NCBI GenBank assembly: GCA_009692365.1
Contig: SHZJ01000007.1
Span: 30,867 to 94,866, forward strand
Origin: Gammaproteobacteria bacterium
Lineage (GTDB): Bacteria > Pseudomonadota > Gammaproteobacteria > Ga0077536
DNA: 64,000 nucleotides
Direction of reading: 5' to 3'
In this document: positions 9,391-20,026 of the stretch, one piece after another
Layout: the number at the start of each line of letters is the position of its first letter
How positions within the stretch are numbered: the stretch's first letter is position 1
Position numbers and translations under genes: made by a program
Notes under the pieces: generated by a model
Told to the model about the DNA's origin: nothing
What the model saw: only the letters and a program-made list of their open reading frames with translations
The model's database searches: none

Positions 9391-10161
9391 TTAGCACAAC
9401 TGGCGTTGTGCGCGTTCTAGTTCCGCACAGAACTGCGCCACCCGGCGCGCCGTGGTGGGCGATATATTGCTGGTAAACCGTACCCGCGCGCGCTGCACTC
9501 GGGGCCGCGGCAGGGCATCGAGGTGGAGTATTTCAACCTCCGCGATGATTGGCTGGGCGTTGGGGACCAGCAATCGGCAGGTCGCCCGCTGATGGGCGTC
9601 GCGGAGGGACTCGAAAACGCCGGTGCGAATTCGCGCGCAAAACCCGCCCACCGACATATCGCCCAATTCGCCGCTCAGCTGCCGCCCATCCGCCATGCGG
9701 AACTCCACATCAAAGCCACGATTACTGGGGACTGTCACCCGGTACTGCCGACGCCGCTGGGGGTAATCGATGGTGGCGGGGAAATCCACCTGGTAGTAGG
9801 GCAGCGCGTTGTGCTCACCAATTTGCGACACGGTGGTGGTGTAGCGCAGCGCAATGCCCTCCACGGTCCCACGCACATGGAACTGGGTTCCGCTCAGCAC
9901 GAGCGCGTGACCTGAGGCGGGGGTCAGTTCGTCCAGCACCAAGTAGCCCTGCTCGGGTACTAGCTCGAGGATGGCGCTGGTGTAGGCGTCCGGGTGGCCC
10001 GCGATGTGGATGGTCAGCAGGGCATGGTCGTTAAAGACTCGACGCAAAACGAGTTGGATTTCCGGGTCGATCGGCAGCTTCGCGCCATGCGCCGCGGGCT
10101 CCCGCGGCACGTCAGCGGGTCGTTTGCGGGAGAACCAATTAAAGATTGATCGTTCAGGCAC
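9391..10161 (-). CDS. ycgR: Flagellar brake protein, YcgR-N + PilZ (c-di-GMP binding)
   Basis: LVLDELTP N-domain, QRRRQYR (RxxxR) and DMSVGG (DxSxxG) PilZ motifs; downstream of flgN. Confidence 0.85.
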   Translation of the reverse strand: MPERSIFNWFSRKRPADVPREPAAHGAKLPIDPEIQLVLRRVFNDHALLTIHIAGHPDAYTSAILELVPEQGYLVLDELTPASGHALVLSGTQFHVRGTVEGIALRYTTTVSQIGEHNALPYYQVDFPATIDYPQRRRQYRVTVPSNRGFDVEFRMADGRQLSGELGDMSVGGFCARIRTGVFESLRDAHQRATCRLLVPNAQPIIAEVEILHLDALPRPRVQRARVRFTSNISPTTARRVAQFCAELERAQRQLC

Positions 10162-10181
10162 GCGCGCTATCCGGTGCTAAA

Positions 10182-10601
10182 TCACACGCTCTCCCAGGCT
10201 CTGGGCGGTCGGTCGCTGCGCCCAACGCGGCCACGCGCGTTGTACAAACGCTCGCCGGCGGGCCGGCCGCTGAGCAGGTCAAGCAAGGTATTAGTGAGGG
10301 TTTTGCTGGTTTCGACCGCGGCCCCATTGGTGCGGTTGGCCAAGGCGCAGCGCTCGAGTAACGCACGGATTTCCGTCCAGGCGGCTTGTTCGTCGGCGTG
10401 TGGGCTGACGTCGCGCAGCGCGCTGAGGTCGCACTGGCTCGCGGCCTCGTTGAGCGCCAGGGTCAGTTCGCGTTTATGGGTGACGGCGGCTTCAATGGCG
10501 GCCACGTCCCGGGTACGCAGCGCGGCGTATTCTTGCGCTAAGGCGTGCTCGAAGTCCCGCAGCAGCGCGTGCAGGGTCTCTCGGGCCGCGGTCGTATTCA
10601 T
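10182..10601 (-). CDS. flgN: FlgN export chaperone
   Basis: Helical 139 aa, CALANRTNG, C-terminal LYNARG; position after flgM. Confidence 0.85.
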   Translation of the reverse strand: MNTTAARETLHALLRDFEHALAQEYAALRTRDVAAIEAAVTHKRELTLALNEAASQCDLSALRDVSPHADEQAAWTEIRALLERCALANRTNGAAVETSKTLTNTLLDLLSGRPAGERLYNARGRVGRSDRPPRAWESV

Positions 10602-10603
10602 CG

Positions 10604-10918
10604 CTAGGCCGAACGTGGGCCGTGGGTCAGCAGCGCTTCGAAACCAGCCAATTTTTCCGCAACAGCCGGTGGGTCGACGCGATAGCTGCCGTCGTTGACG
10701 GCCGTTTGAAAGGTGGCCACCAGTTGGCTATCCACGACCGGTTGCTCTGCCACTGATTGCGTGAGTTCGCTCAGCTGGCTGGCGAGTTCGGTAAGATTGA
10801 GGGTCTCCTTGCTGGCCTGCGCGGCAACATTTTGCGGCCCTGCCTTTAACGCGCGGCCCTCCGAATTTGCCAGCGTGGCCGTGGCGGCCGTGGCGGCAGG
10901 AGTGATTTCAGCAACCAT
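10604..10918 (-). CDS. flgM: Anti-sigma28 factor FlgM
   Basis: ETLNLT...VVDSQLVATFQTAVNDGSYRVDPPAVAEKL; lies between flgA and flgN. Confidence 0.85.
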   Translation of the reverse strand: MVAEITPAATAATATLANSEGRALKAGPQNVAAQASKETLNLTELASQLSELTQSVAEQPVVDSQLVATFQTAVNDGSYRVDPPAVAEKLAGFEALLTHGPRSA

Positions 10919-10950
10919 GTTTTGTTGTCTCCTTCGACGTATGAGAGGTG

Positions 10951-10978
10951 CTAGCGGCAGATACTCAGAAATTCTTTA
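10951..10978 (-). promoter_or_regulatory. Sigma28-like promoter for flgM
   Basis: TAAA-N16-GCCGCTAG on the minus strand, about 30 nt upstream of the flgM ATG. Confidence 0.6.
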
Positions 10979-11028
10979 AAACGATTCTCCCCCCAAACTG
11001 CGGGTTGTCCCGATGGCCTGCGGCACCC

Positions 11029-11754
11029 TCAATTGATCGGCGCAGCGGGTCGCCCTGAGCCCACCTCAACGACCCCAGCTTCTATGATGACGCCCTCTAC
11101 CACCCGGTTAGAAGTGGTGTTGCGCACCGTGATGCGGTCACCCAACGCGCCATCCTTCAACGCCGTTCCTGCGACTCGAATGGCCAGAGTGCCGGCGGCC
11201 AGCGAGAGCGTTACGCTCTGCCCGCGGCGGACGGCGCGCTCCTCGCGCAAGGCGCCGGCCGTTAGCAGCGAACCCGCAGCAGTGTGCCGCACTACCACCC
11301 GACCCACCACCATGGCGGGGTCGGTGAGCGCGCCGGTCGGCAGGTTCATCAAGTAACGAGACTCGACCCGGACGTCGGTGAGTGTCAGCAGTTTGCCGCG
11401 TGGCAGCGTCTGCACGGCGCTCACGACGACAAATTTTTGACGAACGCTGGCCGGGACGAACAGGGTCCAGGGCGTCTCGCCTTCGCAGCGTACCCCCGCC
11501 GAGGTGTTGCCGGGCAGGCGCGCGCCCGGCGGCAAATAGACCGCTAGGGGGTTGTTGCAGGCGGCTAGTCGCAGGCGCGGGTCCAGCCGTCCGACTTCTA
11601 CTTTGACGTCCTGCGCGTTCTGGGCGCTTTCTTGCTGCAGGAAATTAGCGACGGCGGTGCGGATGCTCTCGAGCGGTTGCTCGTCCGCCTGACCGTGGCC
11701 GCTGCCCAAGCTGCAAAAAACCGCGAGCAGGGCGATGAGTGAATAGCGTTGCAT
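11029..11754 (-). CDS. flgA: P-ring chaperone FlgA
   Basis: Signal peptide, LDPRLRLAAC, VRRGQSV, GTALKDGALGDRITVRNTTSNRVV. Confidence 0.92.
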   Translation of the reverse strand: MQRYSLIALLAVFCSLGSGHGQADEQPLESIRTAVANFLQQESAQNAQDVKVEVGRLDPRLRLAACNNPLAVYLPPGARLPGNTSAGVRCEGETPWTLFVPASVRQKFVVVSAVQTLPRGKLLTLTDVRVESRYLMNLPTGALTDPAMVVGRVVVRHTAAGSLLTAGALREERAVRRGQSVTLSLAAGTLAIRVAGTALKDGALGDRITVRNTTSNRVVEGVIIEAGVVEVGSGRPAAPIN

Positions 11755-11786
11755 CGAGCACGTCCTTTTGGGTACGGGAAAACACT

Positions 11787-11803
11787 TGCAAACGTTGTGC
11801 CGT
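11787..11803 (-). promoter_or_regulatory. Sigma54 promoter for flgA
   Basis: CGGCACAACGTTTGCA (GG-N10-GC). Confidence 0.75.
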
Positions 11804-11811
11804 GTACTAGC

Positions 11812-11838
11812 TCAAGCTTTCTCTGCGCGGGGCGATAA
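11812..11838 (+). promoter_or_regulatory. Sigma28 promoter for cheV
   Basis: TCAA-N15-GGCGATAA. Confidence 0.65.
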
Positions 11839-11873
11839 GGAAAACTTGAACTAGGACTACCGCGGAGCGCTTC

Positions 11874-12821
11874 ATGTCGATAATCGATAGAGTCGATCGT
11901 TTAACCCGGCTGGCCGGCCGGAATCGGCTCGAACTGCTGTTGTTCCGTCTCACCAGCAAGCAGATTTTCGGGATCAATGTGTTCAAGGTCCGCGAGGTTC
12001 TGAAATGTCCGCCGCTGCGCCCGATTCCACATTCTCACTACCAGATGCGCGGCGTTTTTCACGCCCGCGGCCAGACCATCACCGTGATCGACCTGGCCGC
12101 CGTGCTGGGGCAGGGTGCTAGCAAGGGCACGCCCGACGAATTCGTCATCGTCACGGAATATTCCGGCCATGTGCAGGGATATCTGGTGCAGCAGGTGGTA
12201 CGCATCGTCAACCTGCGCTGGGACGACATCAAGCCGCCGCCGGCCGGCATCGGCAACGCCAACTATTTAACGGCCGTCACCACTTTGGAAAATCAGTTGG
12301 TGGAAATTCTCGACGTGGAGCGCGTGCTGTCTGAAATTGTGGGCCTTGCGGTGGAGGTCTCCGAGGAACTTCTGGCGCACAATGTCCCCGACGACGACAT
12401 TCCCCGTCGCATCTTTATCGCCGACGACTCCGCGGTAGCGCGCCGACAAATGATGCGCGTGATGGACCAGTTGGGCGTCGAATACGAAATCGCCGAAAAT
12501 GGGCTGGCCGCGCTGGAGATGCTGAAAGCGTACGCCGCCGAAGGGCCGATCACCAAGCGCTTTGCCATGCTGCTATCGGATATTGAAATGCCCCAAATGG
12601 ACGGCTACACCCTGACCAAGACGCTGAAGGCAGACCCTGATCTAAGAGACCTTTACGTTTGTCTGCACACTTCGCTGAGCGGCAGTTTCAACGATTCGAT
12701 GGCAAATTCGGTAGGCGCCAATAAGTTAGTCGCTAAATTTGAGCCCGACGACCTCGCCGCTTTGGTGATGTCCGTCGTCAACGTGGGTTCCGCGCTGACC
12801 TCGAAGGAAATCCGCGGCTAA
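11874..12821 (+). CDS. cheV: CheV (CheW + receiver)
   Basis: GRNRLELLLFRL, FGINVFKVREV, IADDSAVAR, SDIEMPQMDGY. Confidence 0.95.
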   Translation: MSIIDRVDRLTRLAGRNRLELLLFRLTSKQIFGINVFKVREVLKCPPLRPIPHSHYQMRGVFHARGQTITVIDLAAVLGQGASKGTPDEFVIVTEYSGHVQGYLVQQVVRIVNLRWDDIKPPPAGIGNANYLTAVTTLENQLVEILDVERVLSEIVGLAVEVSEELLAHNVPDDDIPRRIFIADDSAVARRQMMRVMDQLGVEYEIAENGLAALEMLKAYAAEGPITKRFAMLLSDIEMPQMDGYTLTKTLKADPDLRDLYVCLHTSLSGSFNDSMANSVGANKLVAKFEPDDLAALVMSVVNVGSALTSKEIRG

Positions 12822-13494
12822 GCGCGAGTTTTTGCTTGCGAGTTAACCGACGCGGCGGCGGTGGCGGTGCCGCGTGAGGCTGCGCGCAGTGACGGCTCCC
12901 ACACCGCTCTAGCCAGCGTCACCAAACGCCCACCGCGGCCGGCCGCGCGCAGCCCCAACGGGCTGCGCTGGTCGGCCGGCCCACTTGCACGCGCTAAAGT
13001 GCGGCCGGCCTCTACCGAGGCCAAACTCGCCGCGCGCGCCGCGCGCAAGGCTCGCCTAGGCAATTCTTTCTAAATACTCACGCGTGTCCCACCTTGTGGC
13101 GTACCCGAGGTGGCCGGGCAGCGCGCGCGTTTGCTCGCGTTCGCGCAAAAAGCTGCTGCCACCGCAGTGGTCCCTCCGCGACGCAATCTTTAAGTGCGGG
13201 CCGATGCCAAGCAGCTAAACCAGCAGCCAGACAAGCGGTGGTGGTGTCCGACACCCACTTGGCCGCAGCACCCCACCCGCGACGGACTGCGGTGCGGGCC
13301 AGTGGCCGCGCTCGCTGGTGCGCACGCCCGTTTTGCCTAGCCGAGGCCCCGGCAGACTTGCACGGCTGGCTTGCCGCGGGGCTTGCCGCTTGCCTGCAAA
13401 GCTTGCCGCCTATTCGGCCTGATCTGGCCGCGTCGAGCCGGCAAGGCGAATAAAAAACTATTACAAAACAATTTGTTAAGTATTTTATAAGGAC

Positions 13495-13511
13495 TTGGCA
13501 CGAGTTTCGCT
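13495..13511 (+). promoter_or_regulatory. Sigma54 promoter for the flgB operon
   Basis: TTGGCACGAGTTTCGCT, preceded by an AT-rich, possibly IHF-binding tract (13450-13490). Confidence 0.8.
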
Positions 13512-13547
13512 CTAAAGCTCGCAACGGCAAAGACAGCAGGGGGCTTC

Positions 13548-13949
13548 ATGTTTAATCTCGATACCGCTCTGGGCATACATCCGCAGGCCGCGCTGCTGCG
13601 CGCCCACCGGGCGGAACTCATTGCCGGCAATCTGGCGAACGCAGATACCCCGAACTATCAGGCGCGAGACTTCAATTTCAACGCCGCTCTGGAACTCGCG
13701 AGCGGCGGCAACGACATGGACCTCCAGACCACCGGCACTCAGATGGGTCGCCTGGCCCTGGGTGACGCGGGGCTAGGCGGCGTAGAACTGGAATACCGCA
13801 GCCCCACGCAAGCCTCGCTAGACCAGAATACGGTGGATGTGCAGGGTGAACGTTCGCGCTTCGTGGACAACGCCATGCGCTATGAGGCCGGTTTGCGTTT
13901 TATCGACGGTACGCTCGGCGGTCTGCTGAGCGCCATTCGGGGAGATTAG
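13548..13949 (+). CDS. flgB: Proximal rod protein FlgB
   Basis: NLANADTPNYQARD, SLDQNTVD. Confidence 0.95.
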   Translation: MFNLDTALGIHPQAALLRAHRAELIAGNLANADTPNYQARDFNFNAALELASGGNDMDLQTTGTQMGRLALGDAGLGGVELEYRSPTQASLDQNTVDVQGERSRFVDNAMRYEAGLRFIDGTLGGLLSAIRGD

Positions 13950-13951
13950 AG

Positions 13952-14374
13952 ATGTCACTTTTTAGTGTGATGAACACGGCGGCCACCGCCCTTGCCGCGC
14001 AAAGCCTGCGCTTGAACACCACGGCGAGCAATCTGGCCAACGCCAACAGCACGACCAGCAGCATGGACACGACCTATCGGGCGCGCCAACCGGTGTTCGC
14101 CCCGATGTTCGACGAACTCTCCGACAGCGGCGACGACGCTGCTGTCGGGGTGGAGGTCCAGGGCATCGTGGAGAGTCAGGCACCGTTGCGTCGCGAGTAC
14201 CAACCCGGTAGTCCGATGGCCGACGCCGATGGCTATGTGTTTATGTCGAACGTCAACGTGATCGAGGAAATGGCCAATATGATTTCCGCTTCGCGTAGCT
14301 ATCAGACCAATATCGAAATCATGGATGCGGCCAAGCAAATGTTGACGCGTACCTTGTCGATCGGCCAGCAGTAA
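13952..14374 (+). CDS. flgC: Rod protein FlgC
   Basis: RLNTTASNLANA, NVNVIEEMANMISASRSYQTN. Confidence 0.96.
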   Translation: MSLFSVMNTAATALAAQSLRLNTTASNLANANSTTSSMDTTYRARQPVFAPMFDELSDSGDDAAVGVEVQGIVESQAPLRREYQPGSPMADADGYVFMSNVNVIEEMANMISASRSYQTNIEIMDAAKQMLTRTLSIGQQ

Positions 14375-14385
14375 GGAACCAGCAC

Positions 14386-15066
14386 ATGGCAAATTCAATC
14401 GGTGGACTACCCCCAGGCCTAGAGGCTTTAAGCAACGCGCGTCTGCAGAGCGACGACAAGAAAGCCAAGACCCTAGGCCAGGACGAATTTCTCAGGCTGA
14501 TGGTCGCCCAGATGAACAATCAGGACCCCATGAAGCCCATGGACGGTGGCCAGTTTTTGAGCCAGATGGCGCAGTTCGGGACGGTGACCGGGGTCAACGA
14601 TTTACAGAAATCATTCGTCACATTGGCCACGTCCCTGCAATCCAACCAAGCCTTACAGGCGTCCACCATGGTCGGCCGGCAAGTGCTGGTGGCAGGCGAC
14701 AAACTAAATTTGGCGGACGGCAGCGATCCAGTCTTTGGGGTCGAACTGCAAAAGGCCGCCAGTCAAGTCAATGTGGCTATCACCGATAGCGCGGGGCAGG
14801 TGGTGCGCAATTTTTCGCTGGGCCAGACCGATGCCGGTATCCATGACTTGGCTTGGGATGGACTGGACGTGCAGGGCAATCGCCTGCCGGCGGGCCAATA
14901 CACGCTGAAGGTCGACGCCACGATTGATAACAAGGTTGAGGCGGGCACCTCGCTCGTCCGAGTGCCGGTAGAGAGCGTCACCTTACCGCGCAATGGGCAA
15001 GCCCCAATGCTAAACCTAGCTGAATACGGTTCATTGAGCATGGATGCCGTCCGCCGCGTTTTCTAA
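14386..15066 (+). CDS. flgD: Hook cap FlgD
   Basis: LGQDEFLRLMVAQMNNQDPMKP, WDG. Confidence 0.95.
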   Translation: MANSIGGLPPGLEALSNARLQSDDKKAKTLGQDEFLRLMVAQMNNQDPMKPMDGGQFLSQMAQFGTVTGVNDLQKSFVTLATSLQSNQALQASTMVGRQVLVAGDKLNLADGSDPVFGVELQKAASQVNVAITDSAGQVVRNFSLGQTDAGIHDLAWDGLDVQGNRLPAGQYTLKVDATIDNKVEAGTSLVRVPVESVTLPRNGQAPMLNLAEYGSLSMDAVRRVF

Positions 15067-15114
15067 GCGCGACGCATCCTCACCACGCATACCCACTTAT
15101 TAGGAGAAAATATT

Positions 15115-16326
15115 ATGTCGTTCCAGTCTGCCATCAGCGGCCTGCGTGCCTCCTCTACCGACCTCGGCGTGGTTGGCAACAACGTTGCCAACGCCAACAC
15201 CACGGCTTTCAAAGCCTCCCGTGCGGAATTTTCCGATGTTTTTGCGACCACCAGTGCCGGGGTGGCGGCTACCGCCACGGGGCAGGGCGTTAACACCGCC
15301 AAAGTGGCCCAACAATTTACCCAAGGCAATATCACCTTCACCGACAACGGCTTGGATTTGGCCATCAGCGGCAACGGCTTTTTCGTTGTTGATTCGCAGG
15401 GCGACCAGCTCTACTCGCGCGACGGCTCCTTTGGGATCGACCGCGAAGGCTACATGGTGAATGGCAATGGCCAGCGCTTAAAAGCCTTTAGCGCCGACGG
15501 CACGGGGGCGATCTCCGGTGCGCTCGAGACGCTGCGGATCACCAGCGCGAACACGGCCCCGGTTGCCACCACCAACGTGGAGTTCGGCGCTAATCTCGAC
15601 TCCCAAGACACCGCGCCGTCGGTGACGCCGTTCGACGCCACTAACAACGCAACTTTCAACAGCACGACGGCGACCACGGTGTACGATTCTTTAGGTGGCT
15701 CACACCTGCTGCAGCTTTATTTTGTGAAGACCGGGTCCGGCACGTGGGATACCAATTCGCAGATCGATGGCGCTGCGGTCGGCGCGGGCAGTCCTCTAGC
15801 CTTCAATACCTCGGGTGCATTGTCCAGTCCGTTGGGTGGTTCTGTCACCTTGCCGGCGTTCGTGCCCGTGGGCGGCGGAGCGCCGCTCAATATATCGCTC
15901 AATGTCAGCGAGATGACCCAGTACGGCGCGCCGTTTGCAGTGAATCGGGTCACCCAGGACGGCTACACGACGGGTCGTTTGTCGGGGCTCGACATCGATA
16001 AAGAGGGCATCGTTTTTGCGCGCTTCACCAACGGTCAGTCGACGGTGCAGGGTCAGGTAGCGCTGGCCAATTTCGCGAATTCTCAGGGGCTACGTTCGCT
16101 GGGCAACAATAATTGGGCGGAGTCCTTTGAGTCCGGCGCGGCGCTGATGGGTTCGCCGAGCACTGGCAGCTTCGGGCAAATTCAATCCGGGGCACTCGAA
16201 GATGCCAACATTGATCTGTCCCAAGAGCTCGTGAATTTGATCGTCGCACAGCGCAATTTTCAGGCGAATACGCAAGTCATTCAGGCCGAAAGCGCCGTTA
16301 CCCAAGCGATCCTGCAAATTTCTTAA
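15115..16326 (+). CDS. flgE: Hook protein FlgE
   Basis: GNNVANANTTAFK, LDLAISGNGFF, VYDSLG, LIVAQRNFQAN. Confidence 0.96.
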   Translation: MSFQSAISGLRASSTDLGVVGNNVANANTTAFKASRAEFSDVFATTSAGVAATATGQGVNTAKVAQQFTQGNITFTDNGLDLAISGNGFFVVDSQGDQLYSRDGSFGIDREGYMVNGNGQRLKAFSADGTGAISGALETLRITSANTAPVATTNVEFGANLDSQDTAPSVTPFDATNNATFNSTTATTVYDSLGGSHLLQLYFVKTGSGTWDTNSQIDGAAVGAGSPLAFNTSGALSSPLGGSVTLPAFVPVGGGAPLNISLNVSEMTQYGAPFAVNRVTQDGYTTGRLSGLDIDKEGIVFARFTNGQSTVQGQVALANFANSQGLRSLGNNNWAESFESGAALMGSPSTGSFGQIQSGALEDANIDLSQELVNLIVAQRNFQANTQVIQAESAVTQAILQIS

Positions 16327-16351
16327 CGAGCCCTGAGCCGGAGTCATCGCC

Positions 16352-17089
16352 ATGGACCGCATGATTTTTCTCGCCATGAACGCCGCCCGTCAGACCATGA
16401 ACGGGCAGGCGCAGGCTGCGAACAATCTGGCCAACGCCGGCACCACCGGCTTCAAGGCGGATTTCGAAGCCTATCGCTCAATGCCGTTGTTTGGCGATGG
16501 AGAACCCACGCGGGTGTTCTCCATGGCCGAGCGCCCCGGGGTAAATTTCAGCGCCGGCTCGATCGAAGAAACTGGCAATAACCTCGATGTTGCCATCAGC
16601 GGCGAGGGCTTCATCGCCGTGCGCACGGCCGACGGCAAAGAGGCCTACACCCGCGCCGGCGAATTCCATCTCGATGCGGCAGGGCAACTGATGACCGCTC
16701 ACGGCGAGCAGGTCTTGGGCAACGGCGGTCCCATTGCGCTGCCGCCTTTCAACAGCGTGCTCATCGGCAACGACGGCACTATTTCCATGCGCCCGTTGGG
16801 ACAAGACGCCAACACGCTCGCGCAGGTCGACCGCATCAAACTGGTGAAGCCAAACGTCGCGGATTTGCTGAAAGGCGGTGATGGCCTGTTCCGGTTGAAC
16901 ACCGGCTTAGAGGCGCCCATTGACGCCACTGTCGGGGTGGTGAGCGGCGCGCTAGAACACAGCAACGTGAACCCGGTAGCGGAAATGATTTCGATGATAG
17001 AGAACTCGCGCCAGTACGAACTGGCGGTTAAGGCCATGAGCACGGCGCAGACGATCGACGCCGATGGCGCGCGTCTGCTGCGCTTGTAA
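16352..17089 (+). CDS. flgF: Rod protein FlgF
   Basis: MDRMIFLAM, NNLANAGTTGFKAD, EAYTRAG, LEHSNVNPV. Confidence 0.95.
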   Translation: MDRMIFLAMNAARQTMNGQAQAANNLANAGTTGFKADFEAYRSMPLFGDGEPTRVFSMAERPGVNFSAGSIEETGNNLDVAISGEGFIAVRTADGKEAYTRAGEFHLDAAGQLMTAHGEQVLGNGGPIALPPFNSVLIGNDGTISMRPLGQDANTLAQVDRIKLVKPNVADLLKGGDGLFRLNTGLEAPIDATVGVVSGALEHSNVNPVAEMISMIENSRQYELAVKAMSTAQTIDADGARLLRL

Positions 17090-17125
17090 GCCTGACGCTC
17101 GCAACGGACAACCTGGAGAATTTCG

Positions 17126-17911
17126 ATGGCATCCGCATTACACATTTCGCGTAGTGGTCTCGACGCGCAGCAAACTCGGCTGTCGGTCGTGTCCAATAAT
17201 CTGGCCAACGTCAGCACGACCGCCTTCAAAAAAGGGCGGCCGGCTTTTGAGGATTTGCTCTATCAAACGGTTAGCCAGCCGGGTGCCAATTCCTCGCAGA
17301 ATACCGAACTGCCCTCCGGCCTGATGTTGGGCTTGGGCGTGCGCACGGTGGCTACTGGCAAAATTTTCACCCAAGGCACGCTGGCCCAGACCGATAACTC
17401 GCTGGACATGGGCATTCAGGGTCGGGGTTTTTTTCAGATTCTGATGCCCGATGGTTCGACGGCCTACACCCGCGATGGGACTTTCTCTCTGAACTCGCAG
17501 GGGCAGATGGTGACCTCCTCGGGCTACACGCTGGACCCCGCGATCACCATCCCCGCCGAGATGCAGAGTTTGACCATCGGATCGGATGGCACGGTAACTG
17601 CTTTGACGGCTGGCAGCACCACTCCCACCCAAATCGGATCGGTGCTGTTGTCGGATTTTATCAATCCGCAGGGTTTGCAGCCGGTGGGGCAGAACCTCTA
17701 CACCGAGACAGTTTCCAGCGGTAGCCCCACGCAGGGCACGCCGGGGCTAAACGGTCTGGGAACGCTGGTGCAGGGCAGTGTTGAGAGCTCCAACGTGAAT
17801 CCGGTGGAGGAACTGGTGAACCTGATCGAAACCCAGCGTTCCTACGAAATGAATTCCAAGGCCATCAAGACCGAGGATGAAATGCTGCAGTTCATCGCCC
17901 AGACGCTATAA
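17126..17911 (+). CDS. flgG: Distal rod protein FlgG
   Basis: FEDLLYQ, YTRDG, ESSNVNPVEELVNLIETQRSYEMNSK. Confidence 0.96.
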   Translation: MASALHISRSGLDAQQTRLSVVSNNLANVSTTAFKKGRPAFEDLLYQTVSQPGANSSQNTELPSGLMLGLGVRTVATGKIFTQGTLAQTDNSLDMGIQGRGFFQILMPDGSTAYTRDGTFSLNSQGQMVTSSGYTLDPAITIPAEMQSLTIGSDGTVTALTAGSTTPTQIGSVLLSDFINPQGLQPVGQNLYTETVSSGSPTQGTPGLNGLGTLVQGSVESSNVNPVEELVNLIETQRSYEMNSKAIKTEDEMLQFIAQTL

Positions 17912-17962
17912 GTCGAAGTCGCGAGTACTCGCCAGAAGTCAGTCAATAAGGTCGGCACGCAG

Positions 17963-18736
17963 ATGAAGCAACGTCAAAAAACCATCACTGTCCGGACGCC
18001 CCGCACTGCGCGTCACGGTTTCCCGCGGTGGCCCGCGCTCGCGTTGCTGGCTTTGGCGTTGTCTGGCTGTAACACCACGCCGGTGCGTGATCCGGAATTT
18101 GCCGCTAGCCTGCCAGCCCCGCTGGAAGTGCCGCGGGCGCGCCAAGCGGCTAGCGGGGCCATTTTTCAAGCTGGCTACGATGTGGTGTTGTTTGAGGACA
18201 GCCGGGCGCGGCGCATCGGTGACATCCTCACCATTCAACTGATTGAAGTGACCAATGCCTCCAAGTCGCAGTCCAACGATATCAACCGCAACAGCGCGAC
18301 AGAGATAGCGAACCCCACGATTTTGGGCGCCAATCCTGCGTTTGCGCTGCCCGGCCTGCTCCCGCTGGTCGCGACCTCGGCTGCGGGCAACAACACCCTG
18401 GCAACTACGTTCGCATCCGATAACGCCTTTAAAGGCGGGAGCGGAACCGCCCAAACCAACAAACTGATCGGCGATATTTCCGTCACCATCGCCGATGTGC
18501 TACCGAACGGTAATTTGCTGGTGCGCGGCGAGAAACGCCTCAACCTCAATTCTGGCAACGAATACGTGAAGATTTCCGGCATCGTGCGGCCGCTGGATGT
18601 GGCGGCTAACAATGTGGTGCCGTCTAGCAAAGTGGCCGACGCCACCATCATGTACAACGGCGACGGCGCAGAAGCCGATGCGGGCAAGATGGGGTGGCTG
18701 TCACGCTTCTTCGTCAGCGCTCTGTTCCCTTTCTAG
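17963..18736 (+). CDS. flgH: L-ring lipoprotein FlgH
   Basis: Lipobox [34 protein letters not shown]. Confidence 0.94.
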   Translation: MKQRQKTITVRTPRTARHGFPRWPALALLALALSGCNTTPVRDPEFAASLPAPLEVPRARQAASGAIFQAGYDVVLFEDSRARRIGDILTIQLIEVTNASKSQSNDINRNSATEIANPTILGANPAFALPGLLPLVATSAAGNNTLATTFASDNAFKGGSGTAQTNKLIGDISVTIADVLPNGNLLVRGEKRLNLNSGNEYVKISGIVRPLDVAANNVVPSSKVADATIMYNGDGAEADAGKMGWLSRFFVSALFPF

Positions 18737-18756
18737 GCAAGCAGCGAGTGTCAACC

Positions 18757-19866
18757 ATGTCACGTTTTCTAAGTGTTTTTTCGATCGCGCTCGTGGCTTT
18801 TTTACCCTTGGCGACGGCCCATGCTGAGCGGGTGAAAGATCTAGCCGCGGTGGCCGGCGTACGCGAGAACCAACTGGTGGGTTACGGCTTAGTAGTGGGT
18901 CTGGACGGCACGGGCGACCAAACCTCACAAACACCGTTCACCATTCAAACCGTGCGCAATATGCTGTTGCAAATGGGCGTGACCACGCCCGAAGGCGCCA
19001 ACCCCCAGCTAAAGAACGTCGCCGCGGTGATGGTGCATGCCACGCTGCCGCCGTTCTCAAAACCGGGTAACACCATCGATATCACGGTTTCCTCCATGGG
19101 CAACGCCAAGAGCCTGCGCGGCGGCAGTCTTATCATGACGCCGCTAAAAGGTGCCGATGGCAGCATCTACGCGATAGCGCAGGGCAATCTGGTGGTGGGC
19201 GGGTTCGGCGCGCAAACCAAGGACGGCTCGAGCATCTCCGTGAACATCCCCAGCGTCGGCCGGGTGCCCAATGGGGCTACCGTCGAGCGCGAAGTCATTA
19301 CGCCGTTCCTCACCGAGAGCGCGTTGACGCTTAATCTGCATGCCCCGGATTTCACCACCGCCACGCGCATGGCGCGGGCCATCGACGGCGTGCTGGGGGC
19401 GGGTGCCGCGCAAGCGTTAGACGCGTCCTCCGTGCGCGTGGCCACCCCGGCCAACGGTGAACAACGCGCTTCGTTTATGTCGATCGTTGAAAACATCGAG
19501 CTGGCACCGGGCGAAGCCTCGGCTCGGGTGATCGTGAATTCGCGCACCGGCACGGTGGTTATTGGTCAGAAGGTGCAGGTGAGCGCAGCGGCGGTCACCC
19601 ACGGCAGCCTAACGGTGTCCATCAGCAATCAGCCCATCATCAGCCAGCCGGGTGCGCTATCCGGTGGGACGACCGTGCTGGTCCCTAATTCGCAAATTGA
19701 TGTTACGCAGGAAAGAAACAAGATGTTCCTCTTTACGCCCGGCGTGTCGCTCAACGATATCGTTGAGGCGGTCAACCGAGTGGGTGCGGCGCCGGGTGAC
19801 CTCGTGGCGATCCTTGAAGCACTCAAGCAAGCCGGCGCGCTGCATGCGGAGCTCATCATCATTTAA
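18757..19866 (+). CDS. flgI: P-ring protein FlgI
   Basis: [35 protein letters not shown]; start set at ATG 18757. Confidence 0.96.
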   Translation: MSRFLSVFSIALVAFLPLATAHAERVKDLAAVAGVRENQLVGYGLVVGLDGTGDQTSQTPFTIQTVRNMLLQMGVTTPEGANPQLKNVAAVMVHATLPPFSKPGNTIDITVSSMGNAKSLRGGSLIMTPLKGADGSIYAIAQGNLVVGGFGAQTKDGSSISVNIPSVGRVPNGATVEREVITPFLTESALTLNLHAPDFTTATRMARAIDGVLGAGAAQALDASSVRVATPANGEQRASFMSIVENIELAPGEASARVIVNSRTGTVVIGQKVQVSAAAVTHGSLTVSISNQPIISQPGALSGGTTVLVPNSQIDVTQERNKMFLFTPGVSLNDIVEAVNRVGAAPGDLVAILEALKQAGALHAELIII

Positions 19867-20026
19867 GCTTGGTGCGCGGGTGCACTGCCGCGCCTAAATT
19901 CTTCAGGCGTGTTGAGGCGGCAAGCGGCGGCAAGCCCTTGCCGCGGTGGATCGGCCACTGCCGCCAAACTCGCTGGGCTGCGCGCTAAATCCGCCGTTTT
20001 CCTGGCGAAATTCCGCCTAATCGCCG

